From contig JAJXYY010000027.1 in assembly GCA_021780315.1 (NCBI GenBank), positions 11,179-75,178 on the forward strand: DNA of 64,000 nt, written 5' to 3'. Made by a program: the position numbers and the translations under genes. The stretch comes from Acidobacteriota bacterium. GTDB taxonomy: Bacteria; Acidobacteriota; Terriglobia; Terriglobales; Acidobacteriaceae. Positions 38,201-48,681 of this stretch are shown piece by piece; position 1 is the first letter of the stretch; each line of letters begins with the position of its first letter. The notes under the pieces are model-generated. The model had not been told where the DNA came from, ran no database searches, and was given only the letters and a program-made list of their open reading frames with translations.

Positions 38201-41019
38201 GCTGATTCCTCGACGGTGTGGGTGGCTGCGGAGGGACGGTGGTTGCGGCGGATCCATTTTGCGAGTTCGCTTACCCATACGATAGTGCTTGCGACGGCGA
38301 GGCAGAGAGCCCAATCGCGACGGGTGAGGGAGACGACTCCGAAGGCGCGTTGCAGGATGGGGACGTGGAGCAGCGTGAGTTGGAGCGCGATGGAGGCGAG
38401 GATGGCGGCCCAGAGCCAGCGATTGCGGAAGAGGCCGACGAGGATGGAGTCGGACTCGGAGCGGGCGCTGAGGGCGTTGGCGAGTTGGAAGAGCATGAGG
38501 GTGGTGAAGGCCATGGTGCGCTGGTGGACGATGGAGTGCTGCGGCGGGGCGAGGAAGAAGATGTAGAGCGTTCCCGCGGTCATGACGGAAGCGACGAGCA
38601 GGAGGTCCTGTAGCATTTGCGAGCCGAGGATGGCATCCTGAGGGCGGCGTGGCGGACGCTGCATGACATGTGGAGCAGGAGGGTCAACGCCGAGGGCGAG
38701 GGCGGGTGCTCCGTCGGTGATGAGGTTGATCCAGAGGATCTGAGCGGCTGTGAGCGGGAGAGTGAGGTGGTGGGGGCCGGTGGAGGTGCGGAAGGAGAGC
38801 AGTACCGCGCTGAGGAAGAGGGTGAAGACCTCGCCGAGGTTGGTGGCGAGCAGGTAGCGGAGGAACTTCTGGATGTTGTCGAAGACGATGCGACCTTCTT
38901 CGACGGCAGCGACGATGGTGGCGAAGTTGTCGTCGGTGAGGATGAGGGCCGCGGCCTGGCGGGAGACGTCGGTGCCGGTGATGCCCATGGCGACGCCGAT
39001 GTGCGCGGCTTTGAGGGCGGGGGCGTCGTTGACTCCGTCGCCGGTCATGGCAACGATTTCGTGATTCTGCTGGAGGGCGTGGACGATGCGGAGTTTGTGC
39101 TGGGGGTTGACGCGGGCGAAGACCTGAGTGGTTTGGACGGCGTGGCTGAGTTCGCGGTCGGAGAGGCGGTCGAGTTGTACGCCGACGAGGACGGTGGTGG
39201 CGTTGGGGATGCCGAGCTCGCGGGCGATGGCTGCGGCGGTGTGGGGGTGGTCGCCGGTGATGAGGAGGGTGCGGATGCCGGCCTGGCGGGTACGCTCGAT
39301 GGCGGGGCGGGCCTCTGGGCGCGGGGGATCCATCATGCCGACGAGGCCAAGGAAGGTGAGGTGCTGCTCGGTCTGTTCGGCTTGCTCGGGGGTGGTGGGA
39401 TGGGCGGTCTCGGAGGCGGAGAGGGTGCGGGTGGCGATGCCGAGCGTGCGGAGTGCACGGGCAGTGAGTTGATCGTTGTCGAGGAGGATCTGCTGGCGCC
39501 GTTGGGGGGTGAGTGGCACGGCGATACCGGCGGCGAACTCGTGGGTGCAGCGGTCGAGCAGGAGGTCAGGTGCGCCTTTGGTGAAGACGGTGGTTTGCTG
39601 GGGTGGTGGAGTCTGCGTGGAGGTGGGATGGATGGTGCTCATGCGCTTGCGCTCGGAGGAGAAGGGGATCTCAGCGAGGCGCGGGTAGAGGGTTGGGAGT
39701 TGGTCGGTGTCGATGCCGGCTTTGCGTGCGGCGGTGAGCAGGGCGGCTTCGGTGGGATCGCCCTGGATATTCCATCCGGTGGCGGAGTGATGAAGTTGGG
39801 CGTTGTTGACGAGGGCGGCTGCCAGAAGCAATTGGTGGGTCTCGTGGTTGCAGGCGGGGGCGAGGGGCTGGTGGGTGGGGGTGGTGAGTTGCCCTTCGGG
39901 GGCGTAGCCTGCACCGGAGACGTGGGTGGTTCCGGCGGCAGTGACGAGGGTGGAGACGGTCATCTCGTTGCGGGTCATGGTGCCGGTTTTGTCGGAGGCG
40001 ATGACGGTGGTGGAGCCGAGGGTTTCGACGGCGGGGAGTTTTTTGACGATGGCTCCGCGACGGGCCATGCGCTGGACGCCGAGGGCGAGGGCGAGGGTGA
40101 TGACGGCAGCGAGACCTTCAGGGGTGGCGGCGACGGCGAGGGCGATGCCGAAGATGAGGATGCTCATGACGTCGGCGGGGCTTTGCAGGCCCTGCACGCT
40201 GAGCAGTACGAGTACGACGATGAGGGCGATGAGCAGGACGGCAGCCCCGAGTTGTTTGCTGAGGCGGCGGAGTTGAATCTGCAGCGGCGTGAGTTGGGCG
40301 GGTTCTGCTTCGAGGAGGTTGGCAATCTGGCCGAACTCGGTGTGCATGCCGGTGGCGGTGACGATGGCCCGGGCATTGCCGGAGACGACCATGGTTCCAG
40401 CGAAGACCATGTTGGCGCGGTCGCCAAGTGCAGCGGCGTGGCCTAGCGGGTCGGTGTGCTTGGGCACGGGGAGGCTTTCGCCGGTAAGGGAGGACTCGGT
40501 GGTGAGGAGTGCGGAGGCTTGGGCGAGGCGGGCGTCTGCGGGGACGGAGTCGCCTTCGCTGAGGAGGAGGATGTCGCCTGGGACGAGGTGCCGGGCGAGG
40601 ATGTGTTGCTGGAGGTGGTCGCGGAGGACGGTGGACCGTTGGGGCATCATGGTGCTGAGCGCGGCTAGGGCGCGTTCGGCACGGTCTTCCTGTAGAAAGC
40701 CGAGCAGTGCGTTGAGGAAGACGATGGCGAGGATGATGAGGGCTTCGTAGGGGATGCCTGAGTTGCCTTGTAGTCTAGCGACCAGGACGGTGACTGCAGC
40801 GGCGGTGAGCAGGAGGTAGACCTGGGGGTCGTTGCCCTGGGCGAGCAGGCGTTGCCAGGCGGGCGGCCGCGGGGTGGAGCGGAGGGCATTGCTGCCACAG
40901 GTGGCCAGGCGCCGCGTAGCTTCGGCGGTGGTGAGTCCGGAGTGCAGGTCAGTGCCAAGGTCAGCGACGACTGCGGCGACGGATTGCCGGCAGGGCGATG
41001 GTCGGTCGTGTCTTGCCAT
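38197..41019 (-). CDS. Cation-translocating P-type ATPase (type II, Ca2+-like)
   Basis: LTGES, TPEGL, DKTGTMT, KGAPD, DPPR, GDGVNDAPAL and QILWINLITDG motifs. Confidence 0.96.
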   Translation of the reverse strand: MARHDRPSPCRQSVAAVVADLGTDLHSGLTTAEATRRLATCGSNALRSTPRPPAWQRLLAQGNDPQVYLLLTAAAVTVLVARLQGNSGIPYEALIILAIVFLNALLGFLQEDRAERALAALSTMMPQRSTVLRDHLQQHILARHLVPGDILLLSEGDSVPADARLAQASALLTTESSLTGESLPVPKHTDPLGHAAALGDRANMVFAGTMVVSGNARAIVTATGMHTEFGQIANLLEAEPAQLTPLQIQLRRLSKQLGAAVLLIALIVVLVLLSVQGLQSPADVMSILIFGIALAVAATPEGLAAVITLALALGVQRMARRGAIVKKLPAVETLGSTTVIASDKTGTMTRNEMTVSTLVTAAGTTHVSGAGYAPEGQLTTPTHQPLAPACNHETHQLLLAAALVNNAQLHHSATGWNIQGDPTEAALLTAARKAGIDTDQLPTLYPRLAEIPFSSERKRMSTIHPTSTQTPPPQQTTVFTKGAPDLLLDRCTHEFAAGIAVPLTPQRRQQILLDNDQLTARALRTLGIATRTLSASETAHPTTPEQAEQTEQHLTFLGLVGMMDPPRPEARPAIERTRQAGIRTLLITGDHPHTAAAIARELGIPNATTVLVGVQLDRLSDRELSHAVQTTQVFARVNPQHKLRIVHALQQNHEIVAMTGDGVNDAPALKAAHIGVAMGITGTDVSRQAAALILTDDNFATIVAAVEEGRIVFDNIQKFLRYLLATNLGEVFTLFLSAVLLSFRTSTGPHHLTLPLTAAQILWINLITDGAPALALGVDPPAPHVMQRPPRRPQDAILGSQMLQDLLLVASVMTAGTLYIFFLAPPQHSIVHQRTMAFTTLMLFQLANALSARSESDSILVGLFRNRWLWAAILASIALQLTLLHVPILQRAFGVVSLTRRDWALCLAVASTIVWVSELAKWIRRNHRPSAATHTVEESA

Positions 41020-41472
41020 AGCGAGGAACCGAGCTTTCCGTCGTGGTGAACGTCGGTGAAAGTGAGTACAGCGTCAGACTTTCAGTACAGAAGGTTAGTG
41101 TACGGCTGCTTGAACGTATCTTATTGCATGGATGGACTTGGTGACAGGAGTCACTCGCTTCGGACTAAGCAGGAAGTCGGACAGTACACTGAGGAGAGTT
41201 CTTGTCTCTTCCGGATGGTCCAACAACGTGGACCATCGCACCAAAGTTCAATACAAACTGGACATTGCGCAGCGTCCCGGTGCGAGCATCTGGTTCGGCT
41301 TCACCGTCTCAGCCATTAGCTTGGATCGCTCTTCGATCACGTTCTACGCGTCGCTGCAGGGATACCCGATGGATGGTCGTCACCACCTTGCGGTCGAAAT
41401 GGGTGGGATCGAAGCTGTTGCTCTGATCCCTTGCGTCGTGGTTGTCTGGCCAATGCTCGTCGATGGATGACT

Positions 41473-42039
41473 TCAGCCGATCCAATGCACGGTTGCGGGA
41501 TTCCGCTCCTGGGTTTTCGGCCATTGCCTGGGATAACCGAGCACGAGGGGAGCGACGATGCTGGTGGCTTCGGGGATACTCAATTCGGCCTTGGTGGCAG
41601 ATTGATTGAACCAGGGTCGGGCCAAGCCGATCCAGCAGGTTCCTATGCCTGCGTCCCGCGCACTGAGCATGAAGGTGAGTGCAGCCAAACAGCAATCTTC
41701 GTCGGCCTGCTTTTCAAATGACGGTGCTGCCACGAGGACGAGCGCCGGGGCATGGTAGAGGAGCGAGAGTTCAGGCGTGGCAAGAAACTGCCGTTGCTGT
41801 GCGGCTTCTGCGGTGGGATTGTGCGCGACCTTCTCAACCAGCCATGCCTTGGCTCTGTCGGAGAGATCGTCAATTCGGTGTTTGCCGAGAACGACCCAGA
41901 ACTCCCACGGTTGACTGTTTCTGGCGCTGGGAGCCAGTATTGCCGTGTCGATGAGAGCCTGGACCATGTGTGGCTCGATGGGTGTGTCCTGATAAGTGCG
42001 GACTGAGCGTCTCTGCTGAAGAACCTCTCTCAACTCCAT
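41473..42039 (-). CDS. Nitroreductase family protein
   Basis: QRRSVRTY, APSARNSQPWEF and GIGTCWIG motifs; SD GAGGTGGAG before ATG 42039. Confidence 0.93.
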   Translation of the reverse strand: MELREVLQQRRSVRTYQDTPIEPHMVQALIDTAILAPSARNSQPWEFWVVLGKHRIDDLSDRAKAWLVEKVAHNPTAEAAQQRQFLATPELSLLYHAPALVLVAAPSFEKQADEDCCLAALTFMLSARDAGIGTCWIGLARPWFNQSATKAELSIPEATSIVAPLVLGYPRQWPKTQERNPATVHWIG

Positions 42040-42396
42040 GGCTCCACCTCGTTTCGCTGGGAAGATCCATCGGCACGACTCGCATTGCCTTTCCGTCGTG
42101 ATCGTTGTGGATTCCGAATAACGTTGCTCTCGAATGGAACTGAGGTGCAACTTGCAACGTTCATTCCCGGTGCAAGCGAACGAACTGCAGTGAGTATTAC
42201 TCGCGGCGTTGCTGAAGGCCGTGATTGAGGTCACAGGTTTTCGTGTGTAGTGACGCTTGATTTGGTGTTGCCGACAGCAGGCCGGAAGGCTGCAGGCTCC
42301 GATTGGCTGGCGCGAACGACCGCAGAGTAAGGTTCGTTGGGTGCTTGCATACAGGAGCCCCTTCAGTCTTTTCTGAAGTGTACTGAATGGGAAGAA

Positions 42397-42473
<77 letters not shown>

Positions 42474-42615
42474 AACAATTGCATGAGATGTCGATGGGAG
42501 GAGCATTCCGTGCTGCTCAAGCTTTTGGGTGGGCTTGCTGGACCGCTGAACCGACTCGAGTAGTTTAGCAGATATTTGGTTGGGAGTGGGGGTGTTGGTG
42601 CGGGGGGTGATGAGC

Positions 42616-42648
42616 AAAAAAAGCGGGGAGAGTTCGCTGACTCTCCCC
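42616..42648 (-). terminator. Intrinsic terminator of the large surface-protein gene
   Basis: Minus strand GGGGAGAG-loop-CTCTCCCC-GC-TTTTTTT. Confidence 0.85.
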
Positions 42649-42738
42649 AGGGTGGTGCTATCGTTTGCTGTCGTTTGGCTAATGTGAAGGTCTTGGGTGC
42701 GGTACGGAGGTCTTTCCGTGCGCATTGCACCGGGGCTG

Positions 42739-45700
42739 CTATTGGCCGATGGCGAGCACCACCGAAGTGGTCTGTGCCGATGCGGGGAAGGTGACGCTGT
42801 TGGCGGTGATGTTGATGGTGTAGATCCTGGAGGCTGCCGGGCTGGTGGTTCCGCAGCCGGTGAGTCCGACGATGGCAAGGGTGAAGGCGAGCAGGATGAG
42901 CAGGCGTGCGCGCTGGGTGCCGAGGGTCTTGCGGCGGCGGAGGCCGGCGAAGCAGACTCCGAGGCCGGAGAGTTCCATGGGGAAGACTGCGGCTGCGGTG
43001 ATGGGAGCGAAGTCTGCGGGGTGGAGGTTGAGGGGCGCCTGGAGACGGGCGTCGGCAGCGGTGGTGGTTACGGTCATGGTGGTGGTCGCGGTGCCACCGG
43101 CGGTGACGGTGGGGGAGGCATTGGAGAAGGAGCAGGTGGCGTCGGCGGGCAGGCCTGCGCAGGTGAGGTCGACCTGTCCGGCGAAGGCTCCGATGGAACT
43201 GATGGTGATCTGGTAGGTGGTGACGCCGCCTCCACGGAGGTAGGCGTTGGGGGTGGTGGTGCCAAGGACGAAGCTGCCGATGGGCTGGGAGATGATCTGG
43301 GTGAGATTGGCTCCGCTGGTGGTGTAGTTGGTGTTGGCGAGGAAGGTGGCGGCGATGGTGTGGGTGCCGAGGCCGAGGGTGGCGATGGTGAAGGAGGCAG
43401 AGCCGGCGGTGAGGGTTCCGGAGCCAAGGAGGACGGTGCCGTCGTAGAAGTTGACGATGCCGGAGGCGGGGCCGCTGGTGGCCGATACGTTGGCCGTGAA
43501 GGTGACATTGGAGCCCGCGACCATGGATGCGGCGGAGGAGGAGATGGTGGTGATGGTGGAGGCGGCGGTGATGGCCAGGGTGCCGGGGTGGATGGTTGCG
43601 ATGTAGTTGCTGGCGGAGTTGCCGGAGATGCTGGCCCCGATGGGGTAGGTTCCGGTGGAAGAGGTGTTGTTGGCGGCGGTGTTGTAGGTGACGACGACGT
43701 CGTCGCCCGGGATGACGCCGGTGACGGAGCCGGCGAAGCTGGGGTTGGCCGCGCCGTATATGCGGGTGGCGCTGTTGACGTTGATGACGAGGGATTTGGC
43801 GTTGGCGGTGATGGTGAGGGTGCCGGGGGTATTGGTGAAGGTGTAGTTGGCGAGGCTGGTGGCGCCAACGGGAGTGAGGGTTGCGGCGATGGGGTAGGTT
43901 CCGACGGGGCTGTTGGCGGAGGCGGTGGTGGCGTAGGAGACAAGGAAGGTGTCGCCGGCGACGGCACCGGTGAGGGTGCCTGAGAATGTGGGGTTGGTGG
44001 TGCCATAGGAGCGGCTGGCGTTGTTGACGATCTCGGCGAGCGGAGCGGGCGTGACGGAGAGTGTGACGACGCCGGAGGTGGCGGAGTAGTTGGTATCGCC
44101 GGAGTAGTTGAAGGAAATGGTGTGGGTTCCCACGTCGAGGCCGCTGTTGAGCGCGGTGCACGTGGTGGTGGCGGTGAGGGTTCCGGTGAAGATGCAGAGG
44201 GTGCGGCCTTCGGTGGCGAAGGTGATGGTGCCGGTGGGCACGGCGGTGATGGCGGAGAAGGTGACCACCTCGGGGAAGGACTGACCGTAGATTTCGGACT
44301 GAGCGGGGAGTGCGACGGCAAGGGCGGCGGTCTGCTTGCCGGTGGCGTTGAGGGCGATGGTCTGGGGGGTGTTGTAGGCGTTGGAGACGAGCGTGGAGGA
44401 GGCCGTGAGGGTGGCGTTGGCGGTGGGGGTGAAGGTGAAGCCGAGGCTGCAGACTGCGCCAGAGAGGATGGAAGTGCCGCAGGTGGTGGAGGCGGTATCG
44501 ACGGTGAAGTGCGAGTCGGAGGGGGTGAAAGATCCGGTGATGGCGAGGCTTTGGTTGCCGGTGTTGGCGATGGCCTGGTGTTGCGCGGCGGAGGTGCTGC
44601 CGACGAGGACGGTTCCGAAGGTAAGGGTGGGGTTGGGGTAGGTGACTTCGACGACGGACTGGGTGGCGTTGTTGGAGATAAAGATGTTGCTATTGGCGTC
44701 GAGCGCGATGTTTAGGGGCGCTGCCGGGGTGGGCTGGGCGGCGACGGTATAGACACTGGCGATGTTGGTGTCGTTGGTGGCGGTGGCGTAGACGATGTAG
44801 ACGATTCCGGCGGCCTGGTCGGCGATGTAGAGGTCTCCGGCGGCGTCGGTGGCGAGTGAGGAGGGGGTGAGGATGGCGGTGCCGGTGGCGTGTCCTGCGA
44901 CCGTGGTGGCAGTGGTGCCGTTGCCGGCGACGACGTGGATGCTACCGGTGTGGTCGATGGCGTAGATGCGGTGGCCGGCCTGGTCGGCGACGTAGAGGGT
45001 GCCGTTGGCGTCCTGAGTGAGGGCGCTGGGGGCGAGGAAGCTGGCGTTGGTGGCGGTCACGTCGTCGGCGGCGGTGTTGAGGCCGCTGCCAGCGAGGGTG
45101 AGGCGGCCACCTGCGGCGAAGACCTTGATGACGTTGTGACTGGAGCCAGCTTGGGCGATAACGAGGTTGCCGGCGTGATCGACGACCAGTGCGGTGGGCG
45201 TATCGAGTCCGACGACGTAGCTGGTGGTGATGGAGCCATCGGCACCGTAGCGGGCGATGGAGCCGTGGGTGGCGTCAGCCAGATACCAGTTGCCGGCGGC
45301 ATCGGCGGCGAGGGCGGAGGGGTTGGCGATGGTGGAGGTGAGGATGGTCTGGGAGGCACCACCGACGGCGGGGATGCTGCGGAGGGTGGAGGCGCCGTTG
45401 GCGGAGTCGAGCACGTAGGCGTTGCCGGCGGCATCGGTGGCGATGGCTGCTGGCGAGGTGAGGTGGGTGGCGACGGTGGCGGAGGTGCCGGGGGTGAAGA
45501 GGCCGAGGGCTCCGGTGCCCGTACCTTGAACACCCAGCGAGACGGAGGTGCCGGAGACGCTGTCGGTGAGCTTGAGCGGAGCGGAGCGCAGGCCGGGGCG
45601 GGTGGGGGTGAAGCGGAGGAAGACCTGGCAGGTGGTGGGCTGCGCGGCTTTGGCGGCGGGGGCGAGGGTGCCGAAGCAGGTGGTGCTGGCGATGGTGTAG

Positions 45701-46959
45701 TCGGTGGCGGAGGCGACAGCGAGGTTGACCGGCTGGTTGATCAGGACGGTGACGGCCTGGACGGCGCTGGTGCTGCCGACGTTGGTGCTGGGGAAGAAGA
45801 GGTTGGCGTTGAGCTGGCGGATGATGTGGTTGTTGGAGTCGGCGACGAAGAGGTTGGCAGCGGGGCTGAAGGCGAGGCCGAGGGGCGCGTCGAGGGGTGC
45901 GTTGATGGCGGAGTTGCCGTCCTGGGCGGAGTCGTAGGGGCCGGCGAGGCCGGAAGGGAGGCCAGCTACGAGCTGGAGGGAGTTGTTGGCGGTGGAGAAG
46001 CGGACGATGTTGTCGGGGCTGGACTGGGAGATGTAGAGGGCCTGAGTGGCGGAGACGGCGAGGCCGTAGGGGGCGTGGAGAGCGGTTGCAGCGTTGCCGG
46101 AGGCGTCGTTGAGGCATTGGCCGACTGCGGTCTGCTGGGTGGTGAGTGCGGCGACTTCGCGGATGCAGTTGTTGCCGGTGTCGGCGATGAAGAGATTGTT
46201 GCTGGCGTCGATGGCGAGTGCGGCGGGGCTGTTGAGCTGGATGCCGTTGGTGATGCCGGGGCAGGGGGTGCTGACATTGGCGGAGGCGGCACCGGCGAGG
46301 TAGCAGGCGTTCTGGGCGGCGTCGTTGAGGTTGTGGCGGAGGACCTGGGAGACGGGTTGACCGACCGGGTAGTTGACGAGGGCGACGCTGATGTAGAGAT
46401 TGCCGGTAGAGTCGAGCGCGAGGCCGCTGGGGGAGGGTGTGATGGAGGCAAGGGGATCGGTGCCGCAGGTTCCGGCGACGGGGACGAGGTTGGCGGAACC
46501 GGTGCTGCCGCTAGCGAGAGCGCGGATGCAGTGGTGCATGCTATCGGCGATGTAAAGGCGGTTGCTGGCGTCGATGGCGAGGCCGGTAGGACGGTAGAGG
46601 CCTTGCGCGGCGGTCGGGGCGGGAACGAACCCGGAGTAGCAGGTATCGCTCTGGCCGGAGACCGCCAGGCCGGCAACGGTGGTGACGTTTCCGGAGGTGT
46701 CGATCTTGCGGACGCAGTTGTTGAGCGTATCCGAGATGTACTGGTTTCCGGTGGAGTCGAAGACGATGTAGGACGGGTTGCTGAGGTTCACCGTCGTGGC
46801 AGAGCCGGAGTCTGCGTTGTAACTGGCGGTGCCAGTGCCGGCGGAACGGGTGGTGTTTTTCACCAAGGTGATGGCTTGCGCGGCGGAGGAGATGGGCGCG
46901 AGTGCGAGAAGAGCGAGGACGAGAGCGACAAATATACCGCAGCGACGGTAAGAAACCAT
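42739..46959 (-). CDS. Large secreted/surface NHL-repeat and Ig-like (MBG/Big) domain protein, about 1406 aa
   Basis: Signal peptide from MVSYRRCGIF..., many P-x-GLAxD-x-xGNLYIAD repeats, ASRSYGTTNPTFS-type MBG repeats, Ig-like domains and a C-terminal TM module. Start at ATG 46959. Confidence 0.9.
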   Translation of the reverse strand: MVSYRRCGIFVALVLALLALAPISSAAQAITLVKNTTRSAGTGTASYNADSGSATTVNLSNPSYIVFDSTGNQYISDTLNNCVRKIDTSGNVTTVAGLAVSGQSDTCYSGFVPAPTAAQGLYRPTGLAIDASNRLYIADSMHHCIRALASGSTGSANLVPVAGTCGTDPLASITPSPSGLALDSTGNLYISVALVNYPVGQPVSQVLRHNLNDAAQNACYLAGAASANVSTPCPGITNGIQLNSPAALAIDASNNLFIADTGNNCIREVAALTTQQTAVGQCLNDASGNAATALHAPYGLAVSATQALYISQSSPDNIVRFSTANNSLQLVAGLPSGLAGPYDSAQDGNSAINAPLDAPLGLAFSPAANLFVADSNNHIIRQLNANLFFPSTNVGSTSAVQAVTVLINQPVNLAVASATDYTIASTTCFGTLAPAAKAAQPTTCQVFLRFTPTRPGLRSAPLKLTDSVSGTSVSLGVQGTGTGALGLFTPGTSATVATHLTSPAAIATDAAGNAYVLDSANGASTLRSIPAVGGASQTILTSTIANPSALAADAAGNWYLADATHGSIARYGADGSITTSYVVGLDTPTALVVDHAGNLVIAQAGSSHNVIKVFAAGGRLTLAGSGLNTAADDVTATNASFLAPSALTQDANGTLYVADQAGHRIYAIDHTGSIHVVAGNGTTATTVAGHATGTAILTPSSLATDAAGDLYIADQAAGIVYIVYATATNDTNIASVYTVAAQPTPAAPLNIALDANSNIFISNNATQSVVEVTYPNPTLTFGTVLVGSTSAAQHQAIANTGNQSLAITGSFTPSDSHFTVDTASTTCGTSILSGAVCSLGFTFTPTANATLTASSTLVSNAYNTPQTIALNATGKQTAALAVALPAQSEIYGQSFPEVVTFSAITAVPTGTITFATEGRTLCIFTGTLTATTTCTALNSGLDVGTHTISFNYSGDTNYSATSGVVTLSVTPAPLAEIVNNASRSYGTTNPTFSGTLTGAVAGDTFLVSYATTASANSPVGTYPIAATLTPVGATSLANYTFTNTPGTLTITANAKSLVINVNSATRIYGAANPSFAGSVTGVIPGDDVVVTYNTAANNTSSTGTYPIGASISGNSASNYIATIHPGTLAITAASTITTISSSAASMVAGSNVTFTANVSATSGPASGIVNFYDGTVLLGSGTLTAGSASFTIATLGLGTHTIAATFLANTNYTTSGANLTQIISQPIGSFVLGTTTPNAYLRGGGVTTYQITISSIGAFAGQVDLTCAGLPADATCSFSNASPTVTAGGTATTTMTVTTTAADARLQAPLNLHPADFAPITAAAVFPMELSGLGVCFAGLRRRKTLGTQRARLLILLAFTLAIVGLTGCGTTSPAASRIYTINITANSVTFPASAQTTSVVLAIGQ

Positions 46960-47292
46960 GATGTGAACTCCGGGTAGTACAAAGTGAAACAAGGTTGCAA
47001 CAGGGGCAGCTTTGGAGCGGTTGACCTCGAAAAAGCCATTTTTCGAAGGACCGTGTCGCTGGAGGGAGGAAGTTTGCCGGTGGACTGGGCTTCGCTGACT
47101 CCGTTGACAGGCGTAGCTGTTGCACTGCGAGTGCCAAAGTGGGGGAGCGGGATGATTATTCTGTGCAGATCGTGGACGTGGCGCGAGCAGGACGGCTAAG
47201 TGGGGCAAGTGCGGGAGATTGAGTGGAAATCAGGGTGACGCTGCGGGGGAGATTGCGGTGGATGGGGTGGGGTGGATGGGGAATTGATGGGT

Positions 47293-47316
47293 ATATAGGC
47301 AAACATTTGCCTATAT
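47293..47316. promoter_or_regulatory. Perfect AT-rich palindrome, candidate operator in a divergent intergenic region
   Basis: ATATAGGCAAA-CA-TTTGCCTATAT (11-bp arms). Confidence 0.45.
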
Positions 47317-47574
47317 GGGGATGGCGAAGGAAAAGATTTACCACTTTGGGGAAACTGGCCCGGGGATGTGAGGGGAAATCGTGTCCTCGCGTGTAAGCTG
47401 TTTATTTGCTTATGTTTACTGGTTATTTCTGGGTTTGGGGTTTGGATTGAGCCGGTGCAGAGGTGCAGATGCGTAGGGGTGTGGGGTGGTTGCCCGTGTG
47501 CAGAGATTTGCCGGGTGATGCGGGGGGCTGGGGAGTGGTTGGAGTCGAGGGCGGAAGGGTGGAGAATAGAGGGC

Positions 47575-48681
47575 ATGATGGAGCGACGGCAGTTGGTGGC
47601 GATGTGGCGACGGGGTGGTGCGGCGACGCTGGTGACGTTGGTGCGGACGGAGGGATCGTCGTACCGGCGGCCGGGGGCGCGTTTGTTGATTGGCGCGGAT
47701 GGGGGCCATGCGGGGACGATCAGCGGTGGGTGTCTGGAGACGGAGGTGGTGCGGAAGTCGGGGTGGAAGGTGCGGGAGGGAGCGGTGGTGGAGCGCTACT
47801 CGACGCTGTTTGACGATACGGCGGAGTTGCCGTTCGGGCTGGGTTGCGGGGGGGTGGTGGATCTGCTGCTGGAGCCGGTGGGGACGCCGGAGTGTGCCGC
47901 ACTGATGGGGGCGATTGAGGCTTCGCTGGCGGGGCAGAAGTGTACGGTGGTGACGTGGCTGCCGGGAGAGGGCCGGAGTCTGCGGCGGGTGGTGCTGGGC
48001 GCGGATGGTGCGGTGGTGTTTGCGAGCGAGGGTTTGGGCGCGAAGAAGCTGGCATGTGTGATCGGTTTGCGGGCGGGGGAGGAGTATGAGGGGCGGTTTG
48101 TGGAGGAGATCAGGCCTTTGCAACGGCTGTTTGTACTGGGTGCGGGAGACGATGCGAAGCCGCTGGTGCAGATGGCGGCGCTGCTGGGTTGGCGTGTGAC
48201 GGTGGCGGAGGGACGGGCGCAGTTGGCGCGGCGGGAGCGGTTTCCGGAGGCGGAGGAGGTGCGGGTGGTGACGGGGGTGGAGGAGTTGGGGATTGGGAGT
48301 GAGGATGCGGTGGTGTTGATGACGCATAGTTATGAGCAGGATCGGGCGTTGCTGGTGGGGCTGCTGGGGGTGATGCCGCGGTATCTGGGGGTGCTGGGGG
48401 CGCGGCACCGGAGCAGTCTGCTGGTGAGTGAAGCTGCTGTGATGAAAGGGCTTACGGTGGAGGAGTGCTGTTCGCGGCTGTATGCTCCGGTGGGGTTGGA
48501 CCTGGGCGGGGATGGGCCGGAGGCGATTGCGTTGGCGGTGATTGCGGAGGCGCAGGCGTGTGTGCAGGGGAAGCTGGGGACTTCGCGGCGGCTGGGTGCG
48601 GCGGAGGTGGCGGAGCAGATTGCCAAGGGTGGGGCGAGCCGGTATCTGCAGGTGCAGTGCGCCATGGATGAGGCGCAGTGA
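47575..48681 (+). CDS. xdhC: XdhC/CoxI-family molybdoenzyme maturation factor
   Basis: GSSYRRPGARLL, GTISGGCLE, LGCGG, VLMTHSYEQD and APVGLDLGGDGPEAIALAV motifs. Start at ATG 47575. Confidence 0.93.
   Translation: MMERRQLVAMWRRGGAATLVTLVRTEGSSYRRPGARLLIGADGGHAGTISGGCLETEVVRKSGWKVREGAVVERYSTLFDDTAELPFGLGCGGVVDLLLEPVGTPECAALMGAIEASLAGQKCTVVTWLPGEGRSLRRVVLGADGAVVFASEGLGAKKLACVIGLRAGEEYEGRFVEEIRPLQRLFVLGAGDDAKPLVQMAALLGWRVTVAEGRAQLARRERFPEAEEVRVVTGVEELGIGSEDAVVLMTHSYEQDRALLVGLLGVMPRYLGVLGARHRSSLLVSEAAVMKGLTVEECCSRLYAPVGLDLGGDGPEAIALAVIAEAQACVQGKLGTSRRLGAAEVAEQIAKGGASRYLQVQCAMDEAQ

Noticed and set aside
41132-41470. 112-aa plus-strand ORF between the ATPase and the nitroreductase
   Set aside because: No recognisable motif, SD or codon pattern; probably non-coding.
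42275-42297. SRP-RNA-like CAGG-CC-GGAA-GG hairpin
   Set aside because: It lacks the AGCA strand of the conserved internal loop and the long flanking helix; it is just a GNRA hairpin.
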